Shown: one piece after another, positions 9,471 to 20,037 of the stretch
Layout: each line of letters opens with the position of its first letter
How positions within the stretch are numbered: the stretch's first letter is position 1
Virus record (IMG/VR): IMGVR_UViG_3300027861_000001
Coordinates: 85,054 to 149,053 of that record
Length of the DNA: 64,000 nt
Strand: one strand, 5' to 3'
Origin: a virus
Translations under genes and position numbers: made by a program
The notes under the pieces: generated by a model
Seen by the model: the letters and a program-made list of their open reading frames with translations, nothing else
Database searches by the model: none
Told to the model about the DNA's origin: nothing

Positions 9471-10219
9471 TACTCATCCTTTTTGCCAACAACGTTGTAA
9501 AAAGTTTCACCATCAAGAATTCTTTTAGTATCTGCTGGTGCCAGTGGAGTAGTAACTTCTTTTACATCGTACAGTTGTTCTTTCCAATTGTCACCCAAAA
9601 TATCAGCAACGCTTTCGCTGCTAGGTTTAGGAATACAAGTGGTTACTGAGTCCTTACCTGTACCACGTGTATCAAATTTAACATCGTAGCCGCTTAAGTC
9701 ACCTAAGTCGTCATCTTGCTCAAAAGTTGCCAACTGCTTTATAACAGTTATCCCTTTCTGCATAATTTGAACTTTATCTTTTGGTGCACTAACCACGCTA
9801 GTTAAGTCTGCCCCACAAGTAGGACAATCTTCTACCCACGTATCATTCTCATAATACGCTACGTAACCACAATCCTCTGTTGGGCAAGCTTTAACTGGTG
9901 TTCTATCTATCACATTAAACGAATACACCGGTCTCACTTTCAGTAATCCTGAATCATCTGTCGGTAAACTTTTGTTCCAAGCGCACACTGGACATGTATT
10001 CTGTCCTGAACACATAACACCTATACCATTACCATTATTTGCATTCGGAAATCCTTTATGTCCTTTAGGTACAAAGTGTTGCCAACTCTTTGTTGGTGCA
10101 TCATCAACTACCCGCAATACTGTTTGATGCTGTGAGGTAATCCTTACATAGTCAGACCCAAAAGTTACTTTTGGTTTAGGTTTTGATTCCTCTGTTACTG
10201 TGTCATTAAAACTTGTCAT
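9470..10219 (-). CDS. Single-stranded DNA-binding protein (gp32-like OB fold with Zn-binding cysteines)
   Basis: LRVVD, QHFV, C...CPVC, YSFNVIDR, YDVKFDTRGTG pattern typical of phage SSBs; first large gene of the replication operon. Confidence 0.7.
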   Translation of the reverse strand: MTSFNDTVTEESKPKPKVTFGSDYVRITSQHQTVLRVVDDAPTKSWQHFVPKGHKGFPNANNGNGIGVMCSGQNTCPVCAWNKSLPTDDSGLLKVRPVYSFNVIDRTPVKACPTEDCGYVAYYENDTWVEDCPTCGADLTSVVSAPKDKVQIMQKGITVIKQLATFEQDDDLGDLSGYDVKFDTRGTGKDSVTTCIPKPSSESVADILGDNWKEQLYDVKEVTTPLAPADTKRILDGETFYNVVGKKDE

Positions 10220-10237
10220 TTCCTCTCCTTCGCTTTC

Positions 10238-10612
10238 CTATTCTTTATTTTGTGCTTCAGTTAAAATAATGCTTTCAGCATCCCTAATTCTACTTAGGAA
10301 TTCAATCATAGTTTCAGGTAATCCAATTAAGCAATCATAACATCTTCGAACATGAGCCATTTGCTCTTTGTCAAGAATTATAAATCCAGACTTTTCATCT
10401 CTAACTGCGTCTGCAATATCTTTTGCTTTGAACATTTCTTCAGGTTTAAGTTTTAAATCTGGATGAAAACAGATAGTAGCTAAATTCTCTTGTACACTAA
10501 CTGTCGTCATACCATCACCTGGTTGCCCTAGTCTATTTTCAACTCTGTACTCTCTAATGTCAATCTTAAACCCAGTCAATCCAATTTTGTCAACTCCGTC
10601 TTTCTTTTCCAT
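10238..10612 (-). CDS. Hypothetical protein
   Basis: ORF with GGGAGAG SD, downstream of tandem promoters. Confidence 0.7.
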   Translation of the reverse strand: MEKKDGVDKIGLTGFKIDIREYRVENRLGQPGDGMTTVSVQENLATICFHPDLKLKPEEMFKAKDIADAVRDEKSGFIILDKEQMAHVRRCYDCLIGLPETMIEFLSRIRDAESIILTEAQNKE

Positions 10613-10750
10613 ATATTATCTCTCCCTTTCCTATTCATTAACTCTTTGTCTAAATTAGTTAATATTTGCTTTGGCATTTATTGCTATTTGTCACACTTGT
10701 CTTTTCTATTTCATACTGAACCTTTCCCCTTATTTTTAATCTATACTTAT

Positions 10751-10780
10751 ATTATACCACACCCACCCAACGGTTGTCAA
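10751..10780 (-). promoter_or_regulatory. Sigma70-type promoter TTGACA-N18-TATAAT (extended -10 TG) for the replication operon
   Basis: Reverse complement reads TTGACA accgttgggtgggtgtgg TATAAT. Confidence 0.8.
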
Positions 10781-10816
10781 GCCTTTCACCCAACTTCCAT
10801 ATTTTCTACCATACTA

Positions 10817-10845
10817 ATGATATCATATGCCTAGAAATTTGTCAA
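10817..10845 (-). promoter_or_regulatory. Second tandem promoter TTGACA-N17-TATCAT
   Basis: Reverse complement reads TTGACA aatttctaggcatatga TATCAT. Confidence 0.6.
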
Positions 10846-10873
10846 GCCTTTTGACTAGTATTTCGTAGCTTCA

Positions 10874-11128
10874 TTACTCTTTATGTTTTATTGGTTTTGG
10901 AATATCTTCCTTCTTGTCAGTCTCCCAATCGTACTTCGCTTTCGGAAAGGTAACTTTACCTAAATAGGTTGTACCGTCATCGTCGTATGAATCTTTCCTC
11001 TCCTCAAGCGTAACCTCAGCTTGAAACCCAGCAGCTTTGTACCCTGCTGCAATAGCCTCAAGTGCATCAAACGCCTCCGCCTCATCCTCAATCCCAGTCT
11101 TGAAATTTGCTACTTTTAATATAAACAT
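10874..11128 (-). CDS. Hypothetical protein, last gene of the tail operon
   Basis: AGGAGG SD; directly follows the tail fibre gene. Confidence 0.7.
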   Translation of the reverse strand: MFILKVANFKTGIEDEAEAFDALEAIAAGYKAAGFQAEVTLEERKDSYDDDGTTYLGKVTFPKAKYDWETDKKEDIPKPIKHKE

Positions 11129-11143
11129 GACTTCCTCCTATGT

Positions 11144-14100
11144 TTAATTTGGTATTCTCAAATATTTGAAACCTGCTCCACCGCTATCATTTGCTCCGAC
11201 TGACACGAGCTCTAATGCTCCATCAGCATTTATATAGACTCCATCCGTCCCGTCCAATTGGAGCATCTCAGTATCAACACCACCATCCATAACATAGAAT
11301 CGCAACCTCGACTGCTCTGAACCGTCAGTCACTACCCTGAGTCCACAATCAATATGGGCATACTGGATTTCCTCGGTAGCATCATTCTCGCCAGCAAACC
11401 GAATCTTCGCTGGTATATCAGCAGCAGCAGGTGAAGCTGAGTTCGTGTAAATGTCTAGTAAAGCACCGGAAACTCCATCGGTAGCACACTGAATCCGAAG
11501 TCCATAATTGGAGTCAGAAGCATAGAGGATGTTTTGTCCGCTACCTGTCAACTTCAGCTTCGAAACAGGGGTGCTACCGTGTTCGGTTACTTGAAAATCA
11601 AGCAATCCGTCTGAGTCCCCCCATGAATTATCTAATATGCTACATAGTATTTGTGAATAGGTTACTGCTCCAACGGTGTCATTGCCTTTGATAACAATGC
11701 TGGCGACTGCATCATTAATTGCTGGAGAAGCGGAATCGGTATATAAGGTCAGTGTTGCTCCAGTTGCCCCGTCCTGAGTATTAGTGATGTAAAGCCCTGT
11801 TTCTGCTGTGGTGGTATAGAAATAATTTTCAGTGTCATCGAGCCGGAACTTCCTGAGCATTGAGCCATCGTGTATGACATAGAAAGACATTCGTCCATCT
11901 TCCGCACCATTCGCAGGATTAGCTATAACACCATCAATCCTTACAAAATCATGGTTAGCAGAAGCATCATTCTCCCCACGCCACTCAATAGACCCTATGA
12001 CATCACCGGCGGCTGGAGAAGCAGAGTTCTGATAAAGAGTTAAATATGCCCCAGTAGCTCCATCCTGAGTGTTGGTGATATAAAGTCCAGTGTTTGCTGC
12101 CGTGGTATAGAGGTAATTGTCTCCGCCACCATACATTTGGAACCTTTGCTTTTCAGCACCAGCTTCCATCAAATAGATGCTTACACCGCCATCTTCCGCA
12201 CCATTTGTAGGATCATAAATGTATCCTACAATGTATGCATATACGTGGTTATTCGAAGCACTATCTTCACCACGAAAAGATACCTTGCCTATATTATCCC
12301 AAGCTGCGGGACTAGCTGAATTTTGATATAAAGTAAGTATTGCACCACCAGAAGAATCTTGGGTATTGGTGATATAAAGACCGGTATTTGCTATTGTGGT
12401 ATAGAGGTAGTTGTCTCCGCCACCATCCATTCTGAACTTCTCAACCCAACCACCATCCTCAGTAACATACATCCTAATGCGACCATCTTCGGAGCCATTT
12501 GTTGGGTCACCAATCTGTCCATAAATAGCAGCATAATTAAGAGTATTGTCTCCGCTATCTTTACCAGAGAAAGCCAGATAGCCGACACTATCATTAGTTG
12601 CTGGTGAAGCTGATACCTGCCTTAATGTCAAGGAACATCCTGTTGCTCCATCCTCGGTATTCTGGATTACCATACCTAAACCAGAACCAGCAGTATAAAA
12701 ATAATGAGTCCAACTTGCCCCAAGTCGTGCAGCGAGGGTGATTGCTCCATCTTTCATGGCGTAAAAGTCAAGCAATCCATCCTCAGAACCATTGGACGAG
12801 TCATAAATAAGTCCTTCAATCTTAGCGTAAATAGTTTGATTCGAGGCATCATCTTCACCCTTGAAATCAATCCGCCCGACAGTATCCCACGTAGCAGGAG
12901 AAGCTGAGTCTTGCCTGAGAATAAGTATTGCACCCGTAGTTCCGTCCTGTGTGCTGATAATATCAACACCGACACCACCAGTTACTGTCAATACTTGCAA
13001 ACTTTGAGTTAAGGTTGGAGTAATTTGGTCTATATTGATTATACCATTACCCTGCATATCTATGTCTTTTGTTACATACATTCCAGAGAACGTTGGAGTT
13101 GCTCCAATTGTTACATCTTGATCTATATACGTGTGGTCAGAACCATCACTTGACACGTGTGTATAGGCAGCATCCCACTCTGTTTGTAGTACATGAGCTG
13201 GAATAGTTCCTGACAAAGCTGCTGCTGATAAGTTATCACCAGTATTCCATTGTGTAGACCCTACAGCAAAGTTTTGTCCTGTTGGTAATGTTAAAGCACC
13301 AGCAGCACCAAGTGTTACGTTATCAAGCCAACCTGTTAGCTCTGTATGTTCGCTGTTTGTTAGGTGATAATACTCATTAGCAGTACCACCATCTAAACCT
13401 CCTAAACCATTATGCACGGTAACACCGGCAGACACCACACCACCGTTCCAAGGAGTACTAATATTTGTAAAACTAGATGTTTCGTTCTTTGCTATAGTTA
13501 TTCTAGCTATTAATAACCCAACTGAAATTACTTTATTAGGTAACCCTTCAGGAACTGTTGAGTCAAGAGCGTCTGCCAATGTATAACTATCTTGTCCCAT
13601 TATAACGTGAACATCACCATCATCATGTTGATATACCCAAAATACACCATATTTGTTATTATCTAATGTTGCAGGAGTTCCACTATCATCATCGTATACT
13701 GTGTTTGGTATTTGTGTTTCCCCTGTAGACTCAGTCCAACCTGTACCACCGTCTCTATACCACAAAGAAAATGTGTCAGTGTCTGACGTGTCTGTAGCTA
13801 CTGTAACGTGCCTTTTTTGTGCTATATACATCACACCAGCAGTTATGTCTAGATTACGATCTCCTGTTTCTGTTAAAACCATTCCAGAAGCTCTTTGTAA
13901 TCCGTAAAGTTCCCACATTCTATAACCAAGAATGTGTGGATTATTCATATAATATTGCCCTGCTGCTACTATATGAAGCTCATTATCGTCCCTATAAACA
14001 CGACCAATAATAAATTCATCATTAAAGCTTACGCTGTTTAAATCAGTTGTTGAAGACACTACTGGAGTACCACCACTATAACCAACATATATCCAGTTGG

Positions 14101-15763
14101 CAGCATTGTTAGTTAAGTCTATATTATCAGCACCAGCAAAGTCGAAATTAACAAGATCACCTATTTCATTGTCTGTTGTTCTAATTAAACCAGTACCAGA
14201 GGCTACAGCAATTTGACCAGAATCAGAGTCTGTAATTTCAAAACCAGTAATAACACCGGCTGAAAAAGTATTACTTATATGTGCTTGTACACTGTCGAAC
14301 GAAGGAGTACCAATACCATCAAGACCTATGAGAGACGCCCCAGCTGATCCATATGTTGTAGAGTTTAACTCTGTTTGTCTATAATAAATATCATCTTTTA
14401 CTTTAAGAGTATCAGACTCTATTTCTATAGTATCATCATCAACATTTACTGATATTGTTCTATTCTCTGCTATTGTTCCTCCACCAGTAAGACCATCACC
14501 AGCAGATATTGTTACTGTAGTATGATCAATATGTTCATCAGCAACAAAATTGGCTAAGTCATTATGATCTATTTCATTATCAACAGTAGAAATTAATACG
14601 GTATCACCAGCATCAGTCTCTACTAAGATTCCACCATTACCTTCAATTGTAAGTGTATCACCATGTTCAATTACTTGATCTGTTCCAGATTCGGCAGCTA
14701 CAGTAAAGTAATAAATCCCGCTTGGTGCAGCATTTACCCAATAACCTGTTGCTGAATCATATTGAAGAAAGTCGTTGTCAGCCACACTAATAATACTTAC
14801 ATCTCTAAGTTCATTAATATCTGTATTTGCAGCAACAGTGTCTGCCAACCCTGATAGTGTAGTATTTACCCACTGACCTCCGCTGTACATTATAAGCTCA
14901 CCAGTGATAGGTGAATCTATAGCTACATCGTTTAAGTCATCTAAACTACCACTACCAGACACAGTAATCATAGTTCCATCTGCTGCAACGCTAACAAAAC
15001 CAATACCAGATACAGTAAGTTCTCCTGTTAAATCATTTACTTTATTAACGATTGATTCATAATTCCATTTGGTATTGGAATCTTTGTAAATTAAAGCATC
15101 ACCGTCTGCCAAAGTACCAGACATTACATAGTGATTCAATATTTGCTCTGCGTTCCAATGGGCGGTTTCTGACCCAACCATATAGTATTCCACGTCATGT
15201 GGATTTGTAGTATCTAATATGTGAGTATCAATATCGTCATGGCTATACAAACCAATATTTTGTAGTAAATCGTGATCTATTTCCGTATCAACGAATGTTA
15301 AGTTAACATTATTATCACTACCGGAGACTGAGATAACTGAGTCTCCAAGTATTTTCTTGAACTCTAGGTCTACTCCAGCTTTTTGCTTGAAGATTCCGAC
15401 ACCACTAACACCAACGTTTGAGGCAGTATTGTCCTCACCAACTTCATCAGGACTAAATCCTGAGACAGTTATGGTTTGTCCATCTTCACTTATAGTTACA
15501 CCACCAGACCCTGCTAGCGTGGCAACACCAGCAACGCTGTTAATGGTTTGTACATAAACACCACTCAATCCACCTGGAGCAGAAGAAAACTCTAAACCGT
15601 CTTCTCCAGCTGTAACCCTAACAAATTGCATTGCTGCACCACTATAACTATCAGGTGTATCTTCTAAACCAGTAAAATCATACCCACTAACTGTGTGCCC
15701 AGATACAGCTTCATACAATTGTCGTGTTAATATCGGACCTACCGAATCATGATAAACTAACAT
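11144..15763 (-). CDS. Long tail fibre / receptor-binding protein (1539 aa)
   Basis: G/S/T/D-rich; fibre motifs LDDLNDVAI...W-x-N, AGDGLTGGG, HNGLGGLDGG...YYHLT; six C-terminal ~98-aa repeats; at the end of the tail operon. Confidence 0.85.
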   Translation of the reverse strand: MLVYHDSVGPILTRQLYEAVSGHTVSGYDFTGLEDTPDSYSGAAMQFVRVTAGEDGLEFSSAPGGLSGVYVQTINSVAGVATLAGSGGVTISEDGQTITVSGFSPDEVGEDNTASNVGVSGVGIFKQKAGVDLEFKKILGDSVISVSGSDNNVNLTFVDTEIDHDLLQNIGLYSHDDIDTHILDTTNPHDVEYYMVGSETAHWNAEQILNHYVMSGTLADGDALIYKDSNTKWNYESIVNKVNDLTGELTVSGIGFVSVAADGTMITVSGSGSLDDLNDVAIDSPITGELIMYSGGQWVNTTLSGLADTVAANTDINELRDVSIISVADNDFLQYDSATGYWVNAAPSGIYYFTVAAESGTDQVIEHGDTLTIEGNGGILVETDAGDTVLISTVDNEIDHNDLANFVADEHIDHTTVTISAGDGLTGGGTIAENRTISVNVDDDTIEIESDTLKVKDDIYYRQTELNSTTYGSAGASLIGLDGIGTPSFDSVQAHISNTFSAGVITGFEITDSDSGQIAVASGTGLIRTTDNEIGDLVNFDFAGADNIDLTNNAANWIYVGYSGGTPVVSSTTDLNSVSFNDEFIIGRVYRDDNELHIVAAGQYYMNNPHILGYRMWELYGLQRASGMVLTETGDRNLDITAGVMYIAQKRHVTVATDTSDTDTFSLWYRDGGTGWTESTGETQIPNTVYDDDSGTPATLDNNKYGVFWVYQHDDGDVHVIMGQDSYTLADALDSTVPEGLPNKVISVGLLIARITIAKNETSSFTNISTPWNGGVVSAGVTVHNGLGGLDGGTANEYYHLTNSEHTELTGWLDNVTLGAAGALTLPTGQNFAVGSTQWNTGDNLSAAALSGTIPAHVLQTEWDAAYTHVSSDGSDHTYIDQDVTIGATPTFSGMYVTKDIDMQGNGIINIDQITPTLTQSLQVLTVTGGVGVDIISTQDGTTGAILILRQDSASPATWDTVGRIDFKGEDDASNQTIYAKIEGLIYDSSNGSEDGLLDFYAMKDGAITLAARLGASWTHYFYTAGSGLGMVIQNTEDGATGCSLTLRQVSASPATNDSVGYLAFSGKDSGDNTLNYAAIYGQIGDPTNGSEDGRIRMYVTEDGGWVEKFRMDGGGDNYLYTTIANTGLYITNTQDSSGGAILTLYQNSASPAAWDNIGKVSFRGEDSASNNHVYAYIVGYIYDPTNGAEDGGVSIYLMEAGAEKQRFQMYGGGDNYLYTTAANTGLYITNTQDGATGAYLTLYQNSASPAAGDVIGSIEWRGENDASANHDFVRIDGVIANPANGAEDGRMSFYVIHDGSMLRKFRLDDTENYFYTTTAETGLYITNTQDGATGATLTLYTDSASPAINDAVASIVIKGNDTVGAVTYSQILCSILDNSWGDSDGLLDFQVTEHGSTPVSKLKLTGSGQNILYASDSNYGLRIQCATDGVSGALLDIYTNSASPAAADIPAKIRFAGENDATEEIQYAHIDCGLRVVTDGSEQSRLRFYVMDGGVDTEMLQLDGTDGVYINADGALELVSVGANDSGGAGFKYLRIPN
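11220..12980 (-). repeat. Six tandem ~98-aa (~294 bp) coding repeats in the tail fibre C-terminus
   Basis: Recurring TQDGATGA-x-L-x-L-x-x-x-SASPA-x-x-D...G-E-x-D...NG(S/A)EDG. DNA-level similarity, e.g. ttggtgatataaag at 12072 and 12366 (294 bp apart). Confidence 0.9.
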
Positions 15764-15790
15764 TCACTTACCTCCAACCAACTCCGATGG

Positions 15791-15955
15791 TTATTCAACC
15801 ACCTCTTCTTCCTTTTCTCTACTCTCTATCTGTCTGACTTGAGATGCTAAAGCACTAATAAGTATATGCAGGGCTTCTTCTATAGTTAAATCTCCTGCAA
15901 AGTTAATGCTCCCATCTGCTTGATCAAGCGCAAACGAAAAAAATCTTGTATTCAT
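15791..15955 (-). CDS. Small hypothetical protein, 54 aa (MNTRFFSFALDQADG...; below the ORF-track cutoff)
   Basis: AGGAGAGG SD, ATG at 15955, TAA at 15791; fills the gap between tail genes. Confidence 0.65.
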   Translation of the reverse strand: MNTRFFSFALDQADGSINFAGDLTIEEALHILISALASQVRQIESREKEEEVVE

Positions 15956-15969
15956 TATTTCCTCTCCTA

Positions 15970-17211
15970 TTAAGTAACATCTGACCCTAAAACCATCCAG
16001 TCACTGCTTGGATTAACTACAATAGTTTTATCACCGTAACTATATCCAATCATTCTAACAAGCTCACCTTGTAATGAAGGTGCTGTTTCCGAAAATTCAC
16101 CATCAACCCCAAGATATAAAGGTTCTCCGTAGTTCAAGTCACCATATTCTGCTCTTACATACCCGACCAAAACTATGTGAGTTTGTGTCCCGTCAACTAC
16201 AGCAACCCCAAGTAAACTTTTTCCTCTTTCATAATCATACTCGTCTGCGTTAGATGCTGGTAACCACGTACCACTATCACAAAAGCAAACCATACCTGTA
16301 GATATAGAACCAGAAGTAGTTACATTATAAACAACTGTTCCACCATACAAGTTTGAATCATTAATAGAGTAACCATCACCTTTAAGTTGAATAAAGTTTC
16401 TAGTGTCTGGGCCTGTTGTAACATACATCCATGACCATAATTCCAACGGAACAGAACCATGAATCCACATCTTATAACCTGTTCCTGTGTACGTATTTGT
16501 ACCACACCCAACAGTTCCACCGACACCGTCTACACTACTTAAAATAGATAGTCTACCAGCTCCACCGCAAACTGTTATGCCATCCTCATCTAAAACTACA
16601 TCACCACCAGCTGCATAAAAATGGCCATCCACTGTGCTTAACTCTACTTGTAACTCATTGTTGTGGTATCCCTGTAATCCAAGGTAAGACATGTCCATTC
16701 GACTGCTACCTTCTGTCCGAACACCGTTCTCATCAATGATAAATCCTCTTGCCGATAACCTAATTTTTCCAGGTTCAAACTCACTCATCTGTGTCCAGTG
16801 AACCTTTTTCCAGTGTGTACCATCACCTAGGTCGTCTAAACTCTTCCCACCAAAAAACGTATGATATGCACCTTCTGGAATCTTGTCACTTGTAAAGCTA
16901 CCATCAACATACGTTCTTTCTGTTAATTGAATATAACCAGCCGTAATCTCTGTTGATAAAAGCTTGGCATAAAGAGTTCCATCATCAATATTATCAAGGT
17001 TACCAACTCCAATCCATGTTAAATCGATTAGTCCTTCTACAGTCAATCCAGCTACATTTAGATGTTTGGCTTTTAAATGTCCAACTAAGTAGTTGTCTAA
17101 ATTAAGCCAATTATCTAATTTAAAAGACTTTTCTGCCTCGGTTATCGAATCTACAACATATTTTGAAACGTCTTGCGAATCTTTAGTAGTAAGTGTTCTT
17201 CGTTTTACCAT
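15970..17211 (-). CDS. Minor tail / tail-tip protein
   Basis: Position after the hub protein; beta-rich; C-terminal GEPLYLG...G...APS module common in phage tail proteins. Confidence 0.7.
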   Translation of the reverse strand: MVKRRTLTTKDSQDVSKYVVDSITEAEKSFKLDNWLNLDNYLVGHLKAKHLNVAGLTVEGLIDLTWIGVGNLDNIDDGTLYAKLLSTEITAGYIQLTERTYVDGSFTSDKIPEGAYHTFFGGKSLDDLGDGTHWKKVHWTQMSEFEPGKIRLSARGFIIDENGVRTEGSSRMDMSYLGLQGYHNNELQVELSTVDGHFYAAGGDVVLDEDGITVCGGAGRLSILSSVDGVGGTVGCGTNTYTGTGYKMWIHGSVPLELWSWMYVTTGPDTRNFIQLKGDGYSINDSNLYGGTVVYNVTTSGSISTGMVCFCDSGTWLPASNADEYDYERGKSLLGVAVVDGTQTHIVLVGYVRAEYGDLNYGEPLYLGVDGEFSETAPSLQGELVRMIGYSYGDKTIVVNPSSDWMVLGSDVT

Positions 17212-17220
17212 TATTCACCA

Positions 17221-20031
17221 TTAAATCATTGGGTCAACCCACGTAAAAGAGTTTCCTATAACACCAAAGGAAGGATTCCATCCTGTTGTTAAAACATGAC
17301 TATTGTTGGTATAAGTTAGTGTACAACCTTCTGATACTTTAATCCAATACTCCCAACCTGGTTCTATTGCTACTAAATCCCTCAGCGTAATGTCTGGATC
17401 GTAGAGCAACCATTCTGTACCAGTCCAAGCCCAAACAATTTCTAAGTAATCTGATATGCTAGCTGTTTGTACTGTTATAGAGTCATATCCAGGTGCAGGA
17501 TTAATTTCTCCTTCATCGTCGATAGCTACTGTATAGTTAAAACCAGCAGCCACATTAGAGAAATTTTCATTCCTTATCTTTAATGCAGTCTTACCCCAAT
17601 CCGATGTGACATATAACCCTGAAGCAGTACCAACCAAAGCAAAACTAGAGTAAACATCAGTATCTATTGACTGAACTGCTCCATCTAAAGATGCCCCCGT
17701 AGTAAAGTTAAATCTACCAGAGCTAGCTTGCCCATCGTAAACTAAAAGGTCACTACCAGAACTGAGTACAGTGTCTTCTGAATCGTATACGTTGAATCCT
17801 ACTCTTTTATTACCACCAGTCGGAACACTACTTCCTGTATACCAATCAGTACTAGTACCAAACTCTGAATTGCGAGCAAATCCATTGTCACCCCACACAA
17901 TTTGAATCTCTGTATCTCTCACAAACAAGTCAGTAATCGTACCGCTTACCGCATAACTAAGATGCCAGTTCCAAATGTTACTTTCAGTGTTAGTCCAAAC
18001 GCTACCACCCTCAGCTACAACAGCACTGTACAAACCAGTGCTGAATGTACTGGCGTTTATATCAGTTATAATGTTATCAAATGTATGTGCTGGTATTGTT
18101 AGAAGATTTGTTGATCCTGTAGCAATTACATTTTTGTGTAACAATAAACTTGCCCCAGATGCGACCCAGAACCATGCTGTATCTCCTTCCCAAGACTGTT
18201 TAAAACCTCTACCTGGAACAATAGCTACTGCCCAGACAGACGCTGTATGAGTATAAACTTCAACAATTGTAGTGGATACCCCAACCTCTGGTACAGTGTA
18301 AACTCTACCGTCCGATAACCCTACTACTCCAACATTAGTTTCTCTGTCTGCATCTAAAGCTGTAACAGTTGCAGGAAATACAGAAGTAAACCACGTATCA
18401 CCACCATTTTTTGTGTGATATACATTAGAACCAGATGCTGCCATTATAACAGCGGCTGTAATGTCCACTGGTGTATCAGGAAGAACGTTAAAAAGAGAAA
18501 TGCTAATAGTCTCTGTGTCTGTAGTTCCATGAATATCCGTAACCGTTAATGTTACAGGTAAAGTTGTTTGGGCTATATTTGTAACAGTATAAGAATTCTT
18601 AACTGTGGTAGCATCAGAGTAACCATCGCATTCCCACAAATAAGTTAAAGATGTTCCGTCAGGAGATACTGAACCACTAGCATCTACATAAACCACTTTA
18701 ACATAATCAGAATCGGTCTTGACCATATTAATGTACCATTGGAATGTAGCAATAGGTTTCCAATACATAGCTGCCGGAGCTTCTGAACCTAATCCACCAG
18801 CTAAGTCAATATCTGTAATCCAAGATACCCCATTAAAATTGTGGTTATACCCACCTACCACATAGTTTCTTCCACCAGGTGCCGAGTAGTCATCAACTAT
18901 CTTTATAGTTCTACCAACCTCTATCCTAGAATCTCCTTCAATTCGTACACTCCCAGTATATTGAAGTCTATTTAAGTCATCATAAACTCTTGTAGCTATA
19001 TCTGTAACAATATCAATACCATCAAGATAATCAGACTTTATTTCTGCTCGTCTATATTCTGGTGGAGTAGTAACAAACTTAGATTCCCCGAAAACTACAA
19101 CACGTTCTTCAGCTCCTTCAACAACAATATAATTCCTCGTTCCGTCATCCGATACGGTAGTGGAAACCTCTATGATGCTTCCTTGTGAATAAAGTTCAGG
19201 GCTTTGATTATCAAAGAATATAGGAAAAGCATATTCCTCACTGTTCCATGTTCTGGCATTTCTGGTTGCACCAGCATTCTTATACACAAGGTTTGTTTCG
19301 CTTATAGCAATATTTTGGATAAGTTGACACCTAACTTGACCAGAAGGGTCAGCCCATATCCTGTACCCAGTCTTACCACAAATCTGATCAATAATGTCTA
19401 TGGCGGACATGTAATAAAACTCTGCTGGGTTGTTATTACCTATTATTGGACACAATCCTTGCCCGTAATCTGGGAAGTCTAAAGTGTAACGAGAAGAAGG
19501 AATTCCACTTTCTTCTAATGCAGTAGAAATAATAACCTCAGCTGTCCGTTCACTTTCTGGTTGCCCACCATACCCATCTGCATCCACAGTAATGTGATAC
19601 ACTTTCTTGTTCTCTTCAAGATAGTAATTCATCTCACACAGTTTTAATATGTCTTGACACGCAACCTCAGTTATACCAGGTTCGTCTGTCATAGTTATCT
19701 TTTGAATAAAACCATAAAAGGTTGTCTTTAAAGTATTTAACTTGTTCCAACCTTGCCTAACTCTAACACGATCCATCGGTTTCCAATCAATCTTATTCAG
19801 AAATTCATCATAAGCATCTATAACTTGAAAAGTACACATACCAGAACGTTGATTAGCACCGTATGTAATTTTACAATTAACTACATCAGGTTTATACTCT
19901 ATTCCAGCATAGGCATCAGGAGTTCTAAGAGACTCAACCCCCAAAGCATTTTTCCAAATACTTATCTCTATTAAAGGAGTTTTTACCCTTTTGTCGTACT
20001 CTTCTGCAATATACTCGTCAACTTCTGCCAT
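17221..20031 (-). CDS. Tail hub/Tal-like protein with PKD/Ig domain, propeller-like region and a C-terminal surface-protein-like module
   Basis: Follows TMP and Dit-like genes; hub-type N-terminus (YRIWADPSGQ, RNYIVVEG); PKD DASGSVSPDG...LTYLW...VTLTVTD; BNR-like TKNGGDTW and TSDWGKT. Confidence 0.75.
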   Translation of the reverse strand: MAEVDEYIAEEYDKRVKTPLIEISIWKNALGVESLRTPDAYAGIEYKPDVVNCKITYGANQRSGMCTFQVIDAYDEFLNKIDWKPMDRVRVRQGWNKLNTLKTTFYGFIQKITMTDEPGITEVACQDILKLCEMNYYLEENKKVYHITVDADGYGGQPESERTAEVIISTALEESGIPSSRYTLDFPDYGQGLCPIIGNNNPAEFYYMSAIDIIDQICGKTGYRIWADPSGQVRCQLIQNIAISETNLVYKNAGATRNARTWNSEEYAFPIFFDNQSPELYSQGSIIEVSTTVSDDGTRNYIVVEGAEERVVVFGESKFVTTPPEYRRAEIKSDYLDGIDIVTDIATRVYDDLNRLQYTGSVRIEGDSRIEVGRTIKIVDDYSAPGGRNYVVGGYNHNFNGVSWITDIDLAGGLGSEAPAAMYWKPIATFQWYINMVKTDSDYVKVVYVDASGSVSPDGTSLTYLWECDGYSDATTVKNSYTVTNIAQTTLPVTLTVTDIHGTTDTETISISLFNVLPDTPVDITAAVIMAASGSNVYHTKNGGDTWFTSVFPATVTALDADRETNVGVVGLSDGRVYTVPEVGVSTTIVEVYTHTASVWAVAIVPGRGFKQSWEGDTAWFWVASGASLLLHKNVIATGSTNLLTIPAHTFDNIITDINASTFSTGLYSAVVAEGGSVWTNTESNIWNWHLSYAVSGTITDLFVRDTEIQIVWGDNGFARNSEFGTSTDWYTGSSVPTGGNKRVGFNVYDSEDTVLSSGSDLLVYDGQASSGRFNFTTGASLDGAVQSIDTDVYSSFALVGTASGLYVTSDWGKTALKIRNENFSNVAAGFNYTVAIDDEGEINPAPGYDSITVQTASISDYLEIVWAWTGTEWLLYDPDITLRDLVAIEPGWEYWIKVSEGCTLTYTNNSHVLTTGWNPSFGVIGNSFTWVDPMI

Positions 20032-20037
20032 TATATA

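Noticed and set aside
11220-12980. Tail-fibre repeats as a diversity-generating retroelement TR/VR pair
   Set aside because: The repeats are in-frame coding units whose differences are not confined to adenines, and no reverse transcriptase is present in the window.
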